DNA of 62,731 bases, filler included, from Bonamia ostreae (lineage: Eukaryota), in NCBI GenBank assembly GCA_040357525.1. It is 7 parts of 7 records of this genome, joined end to end, with 100 filler letters (N's around TTAATTAATTAA, not from the genome) between each part and the next. Parts side by side here need not be neighbours in the genome. Positions count along the whole stretch, not along the records: positions 1 to 9,010 come from JBDODL010000046.1; positions 9,111 to 18,102 come from JBDODL010000047.1; 5 more parts are not named here. One strand, written 5' to 3'. Numbering within the stretch: the stretch's first letter is position 1; each line of letters begins with the position of its first letter. Under the pieces are notes generated by a model that worked only from the letters and a program-made list of their open reading frames with translations, made no database searches and was not told where the DNA came from. The translations under genes were made by a program, and so were the position numbers. Below are positions 1-13,042 of this stretch, in pieces.

Positions 1-119
1 ATTTATTGAACGAGAAGGGCATCCGTTTCGCAACTTTATCAATGTCGTCCTCAATAAAATCTTTTTGTTATAATGATTTTTCTTACTATTATAAAACCAT
101 TTATCATCACTGACGCCAT
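1..119 (-). CDS. 5' fragment of lineage-specific tandem gene family member (cut by window start)
   Basis: Reverse strand reads MASVMIN...FIEDDIDKVAKRMPFSFNK, matching the N-termini of the copies ending at 2207 and 3649. Confidence 0.6.
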
Positions 120-639
120 TTAGAATTCCAATATTTGTTTTTTAGAATACTAATAAAATTGATCTTTATTTACTATTATAAAATTGATCTTTGTATACTA
201 ATAAAAACAAAGAAAACAATTTTTTTTATTTTTCACCTTCTTATATTTGCGGTGTCTTATCCGGCGTGTATCGGAAACTGGAATGAAACCGCTACTTACA
301 ATAATTTCATTAACACTCTGATTATTCGTTTCGGTTTGCAGAGGCAAAAAGGGTATTCGTGCCGACTCAATCTTAAATATTAGGCCTAAGGAAAACACTA
401 GAAGTTCTATCACCAACACCTAAACTTAAGTTTATCTCATTTAAATCCCATGCTTAATTGATAAAAAGAATTAAAAACATCTGAAATTTAAAGAAAAAAC
501 TTATATTGCGATTTGTTGCAACATAAAGTATATAGGATTTAAATAGGATTTAAATAGCTTTTTATTAAATCTCTAGAACGGAAAATTCTTGATCGTTATT
601 GGGATAAATCAGTGTTCGGATCTACTATAACAGATATTT

Positions 640-880
640 TTACATATTTAAAGAATGCAATGTTTTATTACTTCGATCAATCCGTTTATCAATTTCTCTT
701 TAAGTAAACCTTGATTTTCCTTTGATTTTCCGCTTTATAAAGACATAAACTATCAAAAATAAAGCGACTGTGCTAAATTCTCATTTATTTTTACGCTGGT
801 AAATGAAAGTTACTGCCTTGATTCGAAATGATATGTGCACAAGGCCAACATGAATTTAGGTAATGTCTATATTCAAATAA
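640..880 (+). pseudogene. Degenerate inverted remnant of the same tandem family
   Basis: tttatttttacgctggtaaatgaaagttactgc...aaggccaacatgaatttaggtaatgtct aligns by eye with the 1247-2207 gene; KECNVLLLRSI resembles KKHCTFLLRSI; in-frame stops present. Confidence 0.45.
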
Positions 881-1246
881 CAAAACACAAATTAATTAAG
901 ATCAACATTTTAATGAAAAGATGGTTAAAAGCAATAAATAGTACACTCTTCTTAACAAATGATCCATTTATCGCAATCGTTTTCGATAAACTCTATTTGT
1001 TATAATACTTTAAGATGATTATAATAATCCATTTATATCCTATTTTTAATTACAATTCCCTGGATATTTCTAACTTCAACAAAAAGGTATAAAAATATAC
1101 TTCCTATGAATGTTCTACAAAATGTACACAGAAAATTTGGTGGATAGAAAGATTATAAAGACAGGTTGCCAATGATGCGATGAACAAATTTGACGGGAAA
1201 GAAAAATAAAAACTTATTAAATAGTTGAAAATTTATTAAATATTAT

Positions 1247-2207
1247 TTAATATGTAAGATAATATCCCTCAGTAACGTTCCTTCTGTTATAAATAACAAA
1301 ACTGAACTTCCAATCATCAAATTTTTGACTAAAAGGGATATCTTTAAGATTCATAAAATCGAACAAAGGTTTTGTGTTTTTTTTAAAAATTCGCACATTA
1401 ATTACACACTTTGAATTAATAGGTCCTACAAAATGCTCTTTGTCTTCTAAATTGTTTATTGAAAAAGAATGAAAAGTGTTATCGTAAATATAAAAATTGT
1501 TTTCTACATTTAGGCCAAAGATAAATTCAGTCGGATCGGCATTTGGATATAAAACCAGGATATCAAACAAGTAAGATCCATTCAACAAGTTGTTTCTTAT
1601 TCTCTCTGCCACAGACCGAATTATCGATGTCATATAGACAAAAGTCGTTTTACCGAAAAAAACGGTGTTAATAGAACGCAACAAAAAGGTACAGTGTTTT
1701 TTCAACGTCTCCGAATCTGGTTTTTCAACGTATTCACATTGGATCAAATTGAAAATGGCTGTTCCGCTTGGGTCAAAATTGACCGTTCTATCAAAGTCAA
1801 TTTCGTCTGTTAAATAAATAGAAGAGTGCACCAAAAAATCGCTCATGATTATTATTTGCGTTAAGACGCGACCTTTTCGTTAGAAATGTTTAAAACGTTG
1901 ATAAGGATACAAAAAATCGATTTTCCTTTTTTGTAAAGAGACATTACTTAAATTCATGTTGGTCCTGCGCTTATAACATTTCAATTTATGACAGTAACTC
2001 TCTTCTCCCAGTTGAAAAATAAAGGGCAAAGATTTACCCACTTCCACAATTTTCTCCGCTGTAACTTTGTCTCTTTCGGAATATTCAATATGCGTATTTG
2101 TTTTATTGAACGAGAAGGGCTTCCGCTTCGAAACTTTATCACAGTCGTCTTCAATAAATTCTATTTGTTATAATCTTTTGTAAAACCGTTTATTTCATTT
2201 GCAGACA
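1247..2207 (-). CDS. Hypothetical protein, lineage-specific tandem family (about 300 aa, 2 tiny introns)
   Basis: MSANEIN / 26-nt GT-AG intron / EFIEDDCDKVSKRKPF...YPYQ / 24-nt intron / RRVLTQIIIMSDFLV joins the 199-aa ORF; paralogs lie on both sides. Confidence 0.7.
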
Positions 2208-2789
2208 TTTTTACAATTAAATTGGTTTTGATTTTATTGTTATATTAAAAACGAAAAAGATGGTTTTTTTTATTTATTCGAAATACTTTTTACTTTATAA
2301 ACAAAATTTTTAGAAATTATGTTACTTTCCTGATTTTTATTTGTTAGAAGTTCTGAAAACTTGCAAATATTGTAAGAATATTGAATAACTAAACTAATGA
2401 GATATATGATGTTTTATCCTAACGAAATAATCGAGTATGTTGTATTTTCAGTAAATATCAAATTTTATAAATAACTTTAACAAATTTCTATTTATTTTAT
2501 TGTTTTTAGTATCTTTGATTAAATGGTTTATCTAGTAATTTATATTTACACGAATAATCATCTTGCTTCCCAACTTTATTAGTCTCATCGATTTTTTGAT
2601 TTTGCAAAAGCAAAGTACAAACAAAAAATTCCGGTGCTTTATTTCTGAAAACTTTTTCCAAATCTAGAACAAATAAAACAAGTCTATGAAATATACGCAA
2701 ACATTGTCATAGTACAAAAAAATCAATAAAAAGAAACAATACATAACCTCTTATTAAGACAAATATCTTGAAATGCAGTCAATAAAGTT

Positions 2790-3649
2790 TATTTGGGGAT
2801 ATTTTAACCGTTATAATCCATCGTTGAGGGATTGGAAAGTAGATTATTTAGATATCAATCCAAGTACTTTTCACCAAAAGGAATATTATTTTGAACCATA
2901 AAATCGAACACGGCCTGTGTGTTTTTTCAAAGATGCCCATTTTGGTTATAAACTTTGAATTAATAGGTCCTACAAAATGCTCTTTGTCTTCAATATTGCT
3001 CTTTGAAAAAATCTGGAAGGTGTTATCATAAATAAAAAAAGGTTTTCGAAGTTAAAGCCAAACATAAATTCAGACGGATCTGCGTTTGGACCAATAACCA
3101 AGCAAACAAACTGATAGAACTCATTCAACAAATTTCGTCTTATTCTCTCTGCCACATCCCAAATAACAAGAGTCGTTTTACCAAAGAAAACGGTGTTGAT
3201 AGAACGCAACGTAAAAATACATTGTTTTTTCAACTTATCCGAACTGGGTTTTCGACTTGTTCGCATTGAACCAAATTGAAAATGTCAGTTTCCCTATCAA
3301 TGTCAATCTCGTCTGTTAAATAAATAGAAGAGTGCACCAAATAATCGCTCATGATTATTATTTGCGTTAAGACGCGACTTTTTGTTTGGGCGTTAACTCA
3401 ATCTCATGTTGGTCTTGCGTGCATATAATTTCAAATTATGGTAGTAGCTTTTTTCTCCCAGTTGAAAACAAATGGCAAAGATTTACCAACTTGAACAATT
3501 TTCTCCGCTGTAACTTTGTCTTTTTCGGAATATTCAATATGCGTCTTTGATTTATTGAACGAGAAGGGCTTCCGCTTCGAAACTTTATCGGCGATAAAAT
3601 CTATTTTATTGAGGAATGTTGTGAAACCATTAATTTCCATTGACGTCAT
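2790..3649 (-). pseudogene. Frameshifted paralog of 1247-2207
   Basis: High nucleotide similarity to 1247-2207, with a 1-nt deletion near 3465 (ttt caa ctg vs ttc aac tgg) and further indels; 3' boundary approximate. Confidence 0.55.
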
Positions 3650-3746
3650 ATTTTACAAACAGAATTTTATTTCCTTAATAAAAATAAATTGTGATTAATA
3701 ATAGAAAATCAGAAAAGTTTAGACGATGGCAAATTATAAAAAATAT

Positions 3747-4477
3747 TTATCGGACACTTCTGCAGCAAAACGGACAGGTTGCTCTATATTTTATGAGCCA
3801 TTTGTCGATACCTTTACCAAAACAATTTTTAACTACAATTTAATTTATTATAAAACGTTCTTTGGGAACATTTTTACTAAATGTCGCTACAAAAAGATAG
3901 ACATTTTTATATTTCAAAAATAGTCATTTCAAAAATTAATCAAATTACATTTTAGATACGAATAAAAACATCGCACATGAAAATAATGGCTACAAGGCAA
4001 AATCTTTACGCTTTCATCATCAACAAAATTTTCCAAACAAATCACGCAGCTTTTTGACAAAATCAATTTTGGCAAAATGAATTAATAAACCTCTGCAATC
4101 CGTCATTATTATCATCATTTTCAGCGTTTTTATAAACAAATAACGGAAATTTGTCCACTATTTGTTTTGGCATTCCGCGCCTCGAGCCTCTTTCAGACAA
4201 CCTTCGAATCAACCATTCTAAACCGTTTTCTCCTTCTCTTCTGTTCACCATTCTGAGCAGTGCTCTTATCTTTATTGAAACAATTGACGGAAAGTTGTTT
4301 ATAGCAACAAACCAGAAATAGCACACAGCTCACTGAGACAACGAGAATAAGCACAAAAAAGACGACGACAAGTTTGCCGTAAAAAGAACGGAGAAGAGAC
4401 AATTTGTCTATATCGTTTTTTGATTTATGGACGTTGGTCGAATTGATAATTTTTGCGTTAATTAATAAAAAAAGCAT
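3747..4477 (-). CDS. Membrane-anchored RING-H2 E3 ubiquitin ligase
   Basis: TM segment, then GMPKQIVDKFPLFVY...SCVICLENFVDDESVKILPCSHYFHVRC/IDKWLIKYRATCPFC across exons. Confidence 0.85.
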
Positions 4478-4706
4478 TTAATTTTTTTTCAATATATTTT
4501 TATTTTTGGCTCAAAATTTTTTTATCAAATTTTTGTTTTTAGTCAATAACGATTTAATCAAATCTCTCAACTTTTGGAGGTTGCAATAATTTTTTTTATC
4601 TATTTTTATCATATTTTTGTCCATTTTTTTTTATCAAATTTTTGTTTTTATTAATATTCAAATTTTTGTTTTTGAATTGGCATTTTTATCAATTTTTATT
4701 AGTTAT

Positions 4707-7700
4707 TTATAAGTCTTTCTTTAAATCATCCGATTCACTTTTAAAATTTTCAGCGCTTTCACTTTCATTATTATTATCGCCATTTTCAGCCTTTCTGTCA
4801 TCATTTTCACCCTTTTTGTCGCCATTTTTTGAATGAGTCTTTTTACGCGGACGACTCTGTTCCGGAACGAAAACCTGTTTAGTTTTTTCTGAATTTATAT
4901 AAAAAAACTTAAAAAGTCGTCCAAATAAGTTCGGATACTCTTTCTTCTCGTCATTGCTTTTCTCCTTCGCCAAAATTTGCCGCCGCTTGAAAAATTTGAA
5001 GATTTTGGCTTTTCGATCTTTTCTCTCATCGAAAACTCTTCCGCTTTCGACTAAACTTTGAAAATGCCAACTTTTAATTCGTCCGCTCTGATCACGACGT
5101 CTTCGTATTTGATAATTGGATCCGCTGTTTTCGCGAGTTTTTTCGATTGGTCGATTTTTTCTTGGAGCCATTTAATGTATTCGTGGCTTTTCTCCGAAAA
5201 AGCTTTAATCTCTTTTTCGGGAATCCAGGGCTTTTTCGCGATTGTTTGGTTGACGACTTTTGAAACGAAGGACATCACTTCGTTCGCGTATTCGACTGCT
5301 TTCGGCAGTTCTAGATATTCAGTCAGTCTGTCCATTACGACTTTTGTGCAATTGTGGATTTTGTCGATCTGTTTTATGTATTCGTCTTCTGAAGTTTTGT
5401 TGTCGCCGGCTAAATTTTTTTTAAAAAATCATTCCGATAAAAAAATTTGCAATTTTAAAAAATCAGTTCGAAAATAATTTGCAATTTTATCAAAATCAGT
5501 TCGAAAAAAAATTCAATTTTAAAAAATCAGTTCGAAAATAATTTGCAATTTTATAAAAATCAGTTCGAAAAAAATTTGCACTTTTATAAAAATCAGTTCC
5601 AAAAAAGCTAAAAAACTATTTTCCGATAACCAATTTTCAGTTTGTTTAATTAATTTCGCGATTTTGCTTTTTTCTTCGTCGGTAGTTTTTTCTTTGTACA
5701 AATCAGTTTCAGTGACGTCTATGTACTTGAATGTCAGTTCTTGCAACTGGTTCATCTTTTCCACTGTTTTCTTTGTTACCAAATCTCTTTTCTCAAATTC
5801 TTGTATCTTCCTCAAAGAATCTTCATAAAGATTGCCAGAAAGACTTTCCAAACTTCCTTTTCCGTCCAAATATTTTATTTTCAATTTCATTTCCATTTTT
5901 TCTTCTTTTTTGTCATCTTTTTTGGTTTCAATGTTTTCTTTTTTGTTGTCTTTTTTGGTTTCGATGTTTTCTTTTTTGTCGTCTTTTTTGGTTTCGATGT
6001 TTTCTTTTTTGTTATCAACATCGTTATTATCTCTCATTTTATAAAAAGCTTTTGCATTCGCAATTTTGATCATTCCGTTTTCATCCAAATGGAACTGAAT
6101 ATTGACTTTCGGAATTCCCCTTTCTTTGTTCAGCGCATAAAATTCCGAGGCGCCGACAACAGAAAATTGGAACACGAGCGGATTTTGTCCTGCCGGCAAC
6201 TTGCTATCCGAATAGAGCACTTTGCCTTGGATGTCGGACTTGCAATTGAAGGCTACGCTTCTCTTGCGATCGAGGTAATCAGACAATTTGAAGAGCAGAA
6301 CTGATTTTGCTTTCAGTTTTTCCGAATCGGAGGAGTCGACCTCGTTGTAATAGAGAGTCATTTCGACTTGGAACGGATTCTTAAAGAACGGCTCGACTTC
6401 TCTTATTCGAAACGCGGCGGATTTGTGCGCTGAGCGGATTGCCGCGCCCAAAGCGGGCGCTTCGTCCGGATTGAGAGTTTTTGTTGCGTTTTTCCTTTAT
6501 TGTTACAGCGATTTTAAGCTTATTTATTTTGGAATTATTATTGTTTTGAATTATTGTTGTTTTAAGCTTATTATTTTATGCGTTCGTAATATATTTTATC
6601 GATTTTGAGCTTTTATGACAATAGAAGTTTTTAAAATATAGTAAGTCTTTACGGCGAATTTTGTTTTATTGGATTCGGAGCAAAAGATGTTATAAATATT
6701 TGATGAACAGAAAAGTTTGTTAAGTTATGTCATATAAGTTTGAAGCTTATTATGCCATTTTGAGATGATGTTTGCAGAGAAATATGAACTTTGTAAAAAG
6801 TTTGACTGCTTCGCGCAATGACGGGATGCGCGTTGCGCCGCCCAGAAAAACAATTTCGTCGAAAGGTTCTTTTAGTTGAGCCAAAAGGGCTGTAATTCTG
6901 GCTGTCAAATTTTTCGTTTGCGCCACGAACTCAGACCGTTTAACCGTTTTCATTATATCTTTTTCGTCATAGAATTCTTCGATCTTTATTATTTTGCAAT
7001 TTTTACAAAATTTTGCCCTTAAAAAATAAATTCATAAAATCTATTTAAACAAACCGTTACAAAACTTTCCTTGTTCACACTTAAAACTTTCTTAGCCTTT
7101 TCAACTTTGGTTTTCAAAATAGCCATTTTCCTTTATTTTACTTTAAAAGACCTTTTATTCTTTCTCATTTCAAAAACGTCCTCTTCGCTAAACCCTTTTT
7201 TCTCTTTAAAATCGCTTATTATAAAATCAGCCAGAGCATTGCTGTAATCTCTACCGCCCAGCGAATCGTCAAACGCGTAGTCCATTTCTTCCACGATTCC
7301 TAAAGTTGAGCTTTTAACAACTTTTTATCTTTTTATTCTTTTTTTCCTTTTCGAATTTAAAGATCGAAATTTCCGTTTTGGAATGTCCCATGTTACAAAA
7401 CAAGACGCTTTTTGCTTTTTCGCCGCTAAATTGGACTCCGTATTGGATAGCCGCGGCGGCGTTTTCGCTGATTAGAGACGAAACCTCTATTTCCGCTAAT
7501 TTGGCTGCTTTCAGAACTGCTTCTCTCTGCGATTGAGTAAAGTACTGCGGAACCTAAAATTGTTGTGAATTTTGATGTCAAAACGGAAAAATCAAAAAAC
7601 TGTTATTGACGCAGCTGAGATGACAAAATTGTGTTCGGAAATGCTAAAATCCTTTATTTTTAAAAGAAGCATCGCCAAAATCTCAGACGGAGACAAATCT

Positions 7701-8208
7701 CGGTGTTCTTTCTCCAGAGGCACCGAGAAATAAACTGATTCGGATTTTCCGTCCTTTTTGTTACTCGAAACGTTCGATTGGCGCAGATCAGGCCATCTGG
7801 TTAAAGCCTCTTCGACATCGCCATTATATCCCAAAGCCGACTTGAAATTCGATACGGCTTTGTCTGGCTTTTTGATCGCCTAAAATAAGGTCGACAAAAG
7901 TTTAGATGTCTTAGATCGCATTTACTACTCGAGCATTAAAATCGGATTTAAAAATGCAAATATTATGTGGCATTAAAGACCGAGTTGACAGCTTCGTTTC
8001 CAAAGCGTCTCTCGGAATCGTCGAAGAAAACGAGAGACGGAATTTTGCGTTTCGACTGGCCGTCCAACATGACATGAATTCCTTTTCCGTGCGCGACCGC
8101 GCCGACTTTAATGCTTTGTTCTCCGACGTCGATTCCGAGAACGACGGAATGCACAAAGCTAATTAGCGATAAGCTGGAAAGCAAAAACAACAATTTGATC
8201 ATTTGCAT
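4707..8208 (-). CDS. HYOU1: ER-lumen large Hsp70 (GRP170/HYOU1/Lhs1), multi-exon
   Basis: Signal peptide + VLGIDVG, RKIPSLV, DDSLGGRDY, FLGGATRIPSL, NPDEAPALGAA motifs; C-terminal KKDL ER-retention-like signal. Confidence 0.9.
5425..5605. repeat. ~32-bp minisatellite inside a HYOU1 intron
   Basis: aaaatcagttcgaaaataatttgcaatttt variants repeated about 5 times. Confidence 0.85.
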
Positions 8209-8242
8209 TTAAATTGCCAGCTCACTTTTAAAATTTAGCAAA

Positions 8243-9010
8243 ATGGACTATTACGCGATGGCGATTTTCCTCACGACAATCATGTTCGTACTGGAAATCT
8301 ACATTCAATGGCGTCAAAACTCGGTTCACAAAATCAAAAAACCGCCTGCTCACCTCCAAGGCTACGTCACGCAAGAAAAATTTTCCACTACACAAGTTTT
8401 GTAAAGCTTTGTTGAATTTTCGAGAAGACTAAACAAAAAAATTGTTTAGAATTACAATTTGGACAAAAGCAATTTTAGAATTGCAAAGATTTTCTTCGAG
8501 TTTCTGACATCGATTTATTTCTTCCGGAACGTGCACCGCTTTTATTTGGCTTCGAAAGAACTCGCCTTTTCACTTCGATCCGAAGACTCCATTTTTCACT
8601 CGCACGGACTTTTGACCGCAGCTATTTTGGCCGCTTCTTTGATCGTCGTTCTTCAGGTGATCGACATTCCTTTCGACATCTATTATAACTTTATTCTGGA
8701 GGAAGCGCACGGCTTCAACAAAATGACCGTTCTTCTTTACGTCACCGATTCTGTTAAAACACTTTTTCTGAAACTGTTCATCGGAGTGCCTTTGCTGTTG
8801 GCGTTTCTTTTTATCGTCGAGTTCATGGGCCCTTCTTTCCCGATAATCGCGTGGGCTTTTATGGTGATCGTGAAAGTAGTTTTAATGCTGTTGTATCCCT
8901 ATTTGATCCAACCTTGCTTCAACCGAATCAGCATCTTGCAGGAGGGGAAGCTCAAGCTCGGAATAGAAAGTCTCGCGGAGGCAGTGGAATATCCGATGAA
9001 GAAGATTTTC
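8243..9010 (+). CDS. STE24: CAAX prenyl protease 1 (peptidase M48), 3' truncated by scaffold end
   Basis: LEIYIQWRQ, NYNLDKSNF, IPFDIYYNFILEEAHGFNKMT, YPYLIQPCFN, LKLGIESLA match the STE24/ZMPSTE24 N-terminal half. Confidence 0.9.
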
Positions 9011-9110
9011 NNNNNNNNNNNNNNNNNNNNNNNNNNNNNNNNNNNNNNNNNNNNTTAATTAATTAANNNNNNNNNNNNNNNNNNNNNNNNNNNNNNNNNN
9101 NNNNNNNNNN
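9011..9110. other. Artificial scaffold spacer (N-TTAATTAATTAA-N); same spacer at 18103, 27124, 36034, 44942 and 53839
   Basis: Identical six-frame-stop linker within ~100 N about every 9 kb; genes are cut at these points. Confidence 0.97.
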
Positions 9111-11212
9111 TGTTTTTGTCATGAAAATTCCTCGCCAAAAAATCAGAATCGACATTATTTATCAAATTTTCGACATTTTTATTTAGCGCTTTAATCGAAT
9201 ATTTTACTCTGATCAAATCATTCCAATATTTCGTTTTCCCGATTACGTCTAGATATGAACTATTTTTGAAAAACTTTTTTTCATCGTCAAAGGCGAAATC
9301 GTCTCATTGTACTGAACAATTGGTTCAGATACTTTTAGATTAACGTCTTTGTCCAAAATGTCTTCCAAATCAGTCTTGCTTTTCTGATTTTATTTTTACG
9401 TTATTACCTGTAAATGGATTTCACCGCAAACAAACAACATTAATCGACCATTTTCTTCGTGGGAAAATTTAAGACTCGGGTCGCAAAGCATCAAATTTTT
9501 TAATGCAATTTTGAGCTTTTCGCCATTTTGTTTATTTTCTGTCGATAATTCGACTTTATAAACGGGACGGGTTTTGGCTGTAGAACTTTCGTTCTGCAGA
9601 TCGTTCAAGTTTTCAGAAAAAATGGGGTGTTCGTTTAAATTCAAGTTTTCTTGTATTTTGAAACCGAATATGTTTCCTGCAAATACTTCGTCAGTTTTGT
9701 GGATATACGGACCCTTCATAAATCGATGTTATAAGAAGAAAACCATTAACAGAAACAGTTCAAAGTTATTCAACAAAACAGGAGCTTTTTCCTTATCGGA
9801 ATAAAAATAAACTGACGAATCGTTTTTGAATGTGCCGCTGTACAGTTTTGAAACAGCCAAGTATAAAAATCGGTTTAATTTGGCATTTTTATCTGAGTTC
9901 CCATAAATATCACTATTCGAAAATCTGACAACTTTGCAGACTTTTCCAAATATTTTTAGTTTTGGTATTTGGATGTTGCTATTGTCCTCTGGTTTAAGAG
10001 GGGGCAACAGTGTTTTCTGAGAAGGAGGTAAAATATGGTCGACAATTGCAGAAAAAATGCAGTTTGAAATGGGCAGCCATTTGTAAAAAATTATTTGTGC
10101 GTTTTTTCTGGGGACTGTTTTACTAATTTCTTTTTCCAGAATCGTTATTCCAAGTGACGTACAAAGAGATTTTATTAACTTTTTGCTGTTTTTTGGTGTT
10201 TTGATTAGTTTATCGTAGATTTTCCAGATCGGTTCTAACAATAATTGGACGAAAATGGGGACGGTTGTTTTTCCAAATGGGGATTTTTTAACCTTTTATA
10301 AAAGTTAAAGAAATTTTGCTTAAAAATCGACTGGATTTCGTTATCGCAAAATTTTATTTTCAAAGACGGATAAATAATTAAAAACGAGTTTTTTGCCAAA
10401 ATCACAATAAAAATATCCCCATAAAACGGATAGCAATTTTTTGCTTTTAACATCAACTTTAGTAGAATAAAAATCGGCCATGCGGGGCAAACTATAATGT
10501 TTTTAATTAAAAACTTAAATCCCCATTTGTCGACCGCTGAGCAAAAAATTACATTTCCCTTTATTGGATCAAAGTAATATTCGTTGCTTCCACTTCGTTT
10601 TAAATTCTTTACTAATTGGTTTGCCTTTGTCGTTTACGAATTTAAACATTGCAAATTATTTTGTCCAAATGCACAAAAGCGTCCATTGGCGTAAACTGGA
10701 GCTCCATGATTAACCTATCCATTTTGTTCAAAACCAAAATCAGTTTATTGTTGGCCTCCATTGCTTGTTTAATCACGATTTCCGTCTTCAATAAATGTGA
10801 AAACTTGTATGCAAATCCCTTCCACAACGTCAATTACAACGAGCGCGCCATCGGAAAGATCGGTGGCTTGTTCGACTTCAACGGAGAAATCGAGATGACC
10901 GGGAGAATCAAACAAATTTATCAAAAATAGTGCGTTTTTATATTTTTCGGCGTCATTTTTCGTTTTTGGGTATTTAAATAAAAGGGAAATTGCGCTTGTT
11001 TTCATTGTAATGCGTCTTTCGAATTCGTCTTTTCTTGAATCAAGGTACTTAAATGATCCCGCGTTCTTCGGTGAAACAATCCCATTGCTGGCGAGTAGAA
11101 AGTCGGAAATGGATGTTTTGCCATGGTCAACATGTGCTACAATGCAAACATTACGGATGTTTTCTGGTTGTTTCATGCACTCTTTGACACATCTAAAGTG
11201 TGCATTCGCCAT
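9111..11212 (-). CDS. EFL1: Elongation factor-like GTPase 1 (60S maturation), 3' truncated
   Basis: NIRNVCIVAHVDHGKTSISDFLLASNGIVS, YLDSRKDEFERRITMKTSAISL, INLFDSPGHLDF, NKMDRLIMELQ, GEIHLQ. Confidence 0.9.
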
Positions 11213-11682
11213 TTCAGTTTGATTTCCTGATTAAGTTGTTGGCGTATAAAAAGTTTCAAAGTCGATGTAAGAAAATTTGGTGCATTAAAATTTATTAAAA
11301 TCGAAATGTTAATTATTCTACGGAAAATTTCAGTTCGAGCCGTTAAGAAAAGTTTCAAAGTCGATGTGAAGTTTGGAGCCGTCTTAAAACATTTAATTTA
11401 GGAAGATTAGTTTTATGATACTTAAAAATCGCAAAAAACGTAAAACGGAGGCAAAAATCGATATAAAAACCATTTTGTTTAAGAAGATAAATATTGAAAC
11501 ATTAATTATTCAAAACACGCAGGAACGGAAGTTAATCTTCCTTATAGATTAGTACATGAATTTTGAAAATAGATAGTACTTAAAAGAAAAAATGTTAAAA
11601 AATTTTTGATGCGGCAAACGCTTGAAAGTCATATCACTTTTATTTTTTGATGCGTCATAACGAAAAAATTGCCACATCACTT

Positions 11683-12821
11683 TTAATTATCAAAATTTAT
11701 CTCAACATCCTCAATTTTGGCCCTAAGTTTTAATTCGTTATTTTGTGTTATATTTGAGACAACTCTTTCCTTAATTTTAGTTATCTCACCAAATTCTATT
11801 CTACGACTAGTATTTTTGTGGGATAAAGTCACCTTTATTATAATTTCTGAATTATGGGCACTTGCAGTTTTCATAAAGGATTCAATGGCTGATATTACTA
11901 CGGGCGGTTCACCGTTAAACAGATCCTCTAAAACAGCTTGGAAACATCCTTTTATTGTTTGTATTGTTTCATCATCCAATTGTTTTTCTGTTATGGCCTT
12001 CATACTTTTCAACACTAAGTTACTTTTCGGAAAAACATTTTTTTGAAGAGAAAACGATCATAATCAATGATCCTGTTAATCCTGCTAAGGGGTCAAAATA
12101 CATCTTCGCGAATGGAATATTCAAATGGGCTGAAAGCGAAGATGAGGTTATAGTTATAAGAGATATCACACTATCTATCACTACATGCACGACCATGAGG
12201 TGAACCACATCCTTAAATTATTGAATTAAAAACGCCGCTTTGGAGAGTGTTTGCCAAAGTAGAACCTTCTAGAAAATTCGAAGCAATCCCTGCGATCGCT
12301 TTTTTAGTAATTTTTATTTAAAAAACTAATTGGTATCCCCATCAAGAACATTTCACTGCTTTTAATCCTTGGAGTAACAATCTCAGAGATGGCATCAATA
12401 AAATTAATTAACCCTGCGGTGATCATTATCAGCGCGACAACAAGCGCTTTCATAATTTCTAGTTTGTACTGTTTGTATTTTGACGTGTCAATTGCAGTCA
12501 TTATCCACATAAAGATGTTAGCTATACAGTCAACCATCATGTGGTAACCGTCCACTTTTATAGCAAAAACACCAGAGAAAATGCCGTAGCCAATTTCAAA
12601 TAAAGCAAACAGAACTCTTTTATTGATTATTTGTACTCAACTTTAAAACAGAGATTGAAGAATGCACCATCCATTCTGTTTTTCCCGATTTCTTGTCCTC
12701 ACTGTCGTGTAAGAAGTAGGAATGAATGATGAAACCCAAAAAGAAGGTTACAGTCAGCATTGAAAGAACACTATTGATCACTGCAAATTAATGAAGAGAA
12801 ACCGTGCGTTTCAATCTCCAT
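11683..12821 (-). CDS. Cation diffusion facilitator (ZnT/CDF) metal transporter
   Basis: Several TM exons with the CDF metal-site motifs DGYHMMVD and HVVIDSV, then FDPLAG; cytosolic C-terminal exon. Confidence 0.7.
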
Positions 12822-13042
12822 CTTTAGGAATATTGGGTTGGTCAAACTTTATTACAAAGTGTAGTCGGAACAAAACCTAGTTTAAACAACAAATTTGTTT
12901 AATAAACCTAGTTTAAACCTAGTTTCTTCATCTTGTTGCCAATATGGAGAATGGGAATGATCTTATTGCTCTTATATGGCGATTTGTATTTGTGTCGCAT
13001 TAAAATTATAAAAAAAAGATTGAATATTTAATATTTTTTGAA

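Noticed and set aside
9055-9066. Recurrent palindrome TTAATTAATTAA every ~9 kb
   Set aside because: Always embedded in N runs; an artificial six-frame-stop linker between scaffolds
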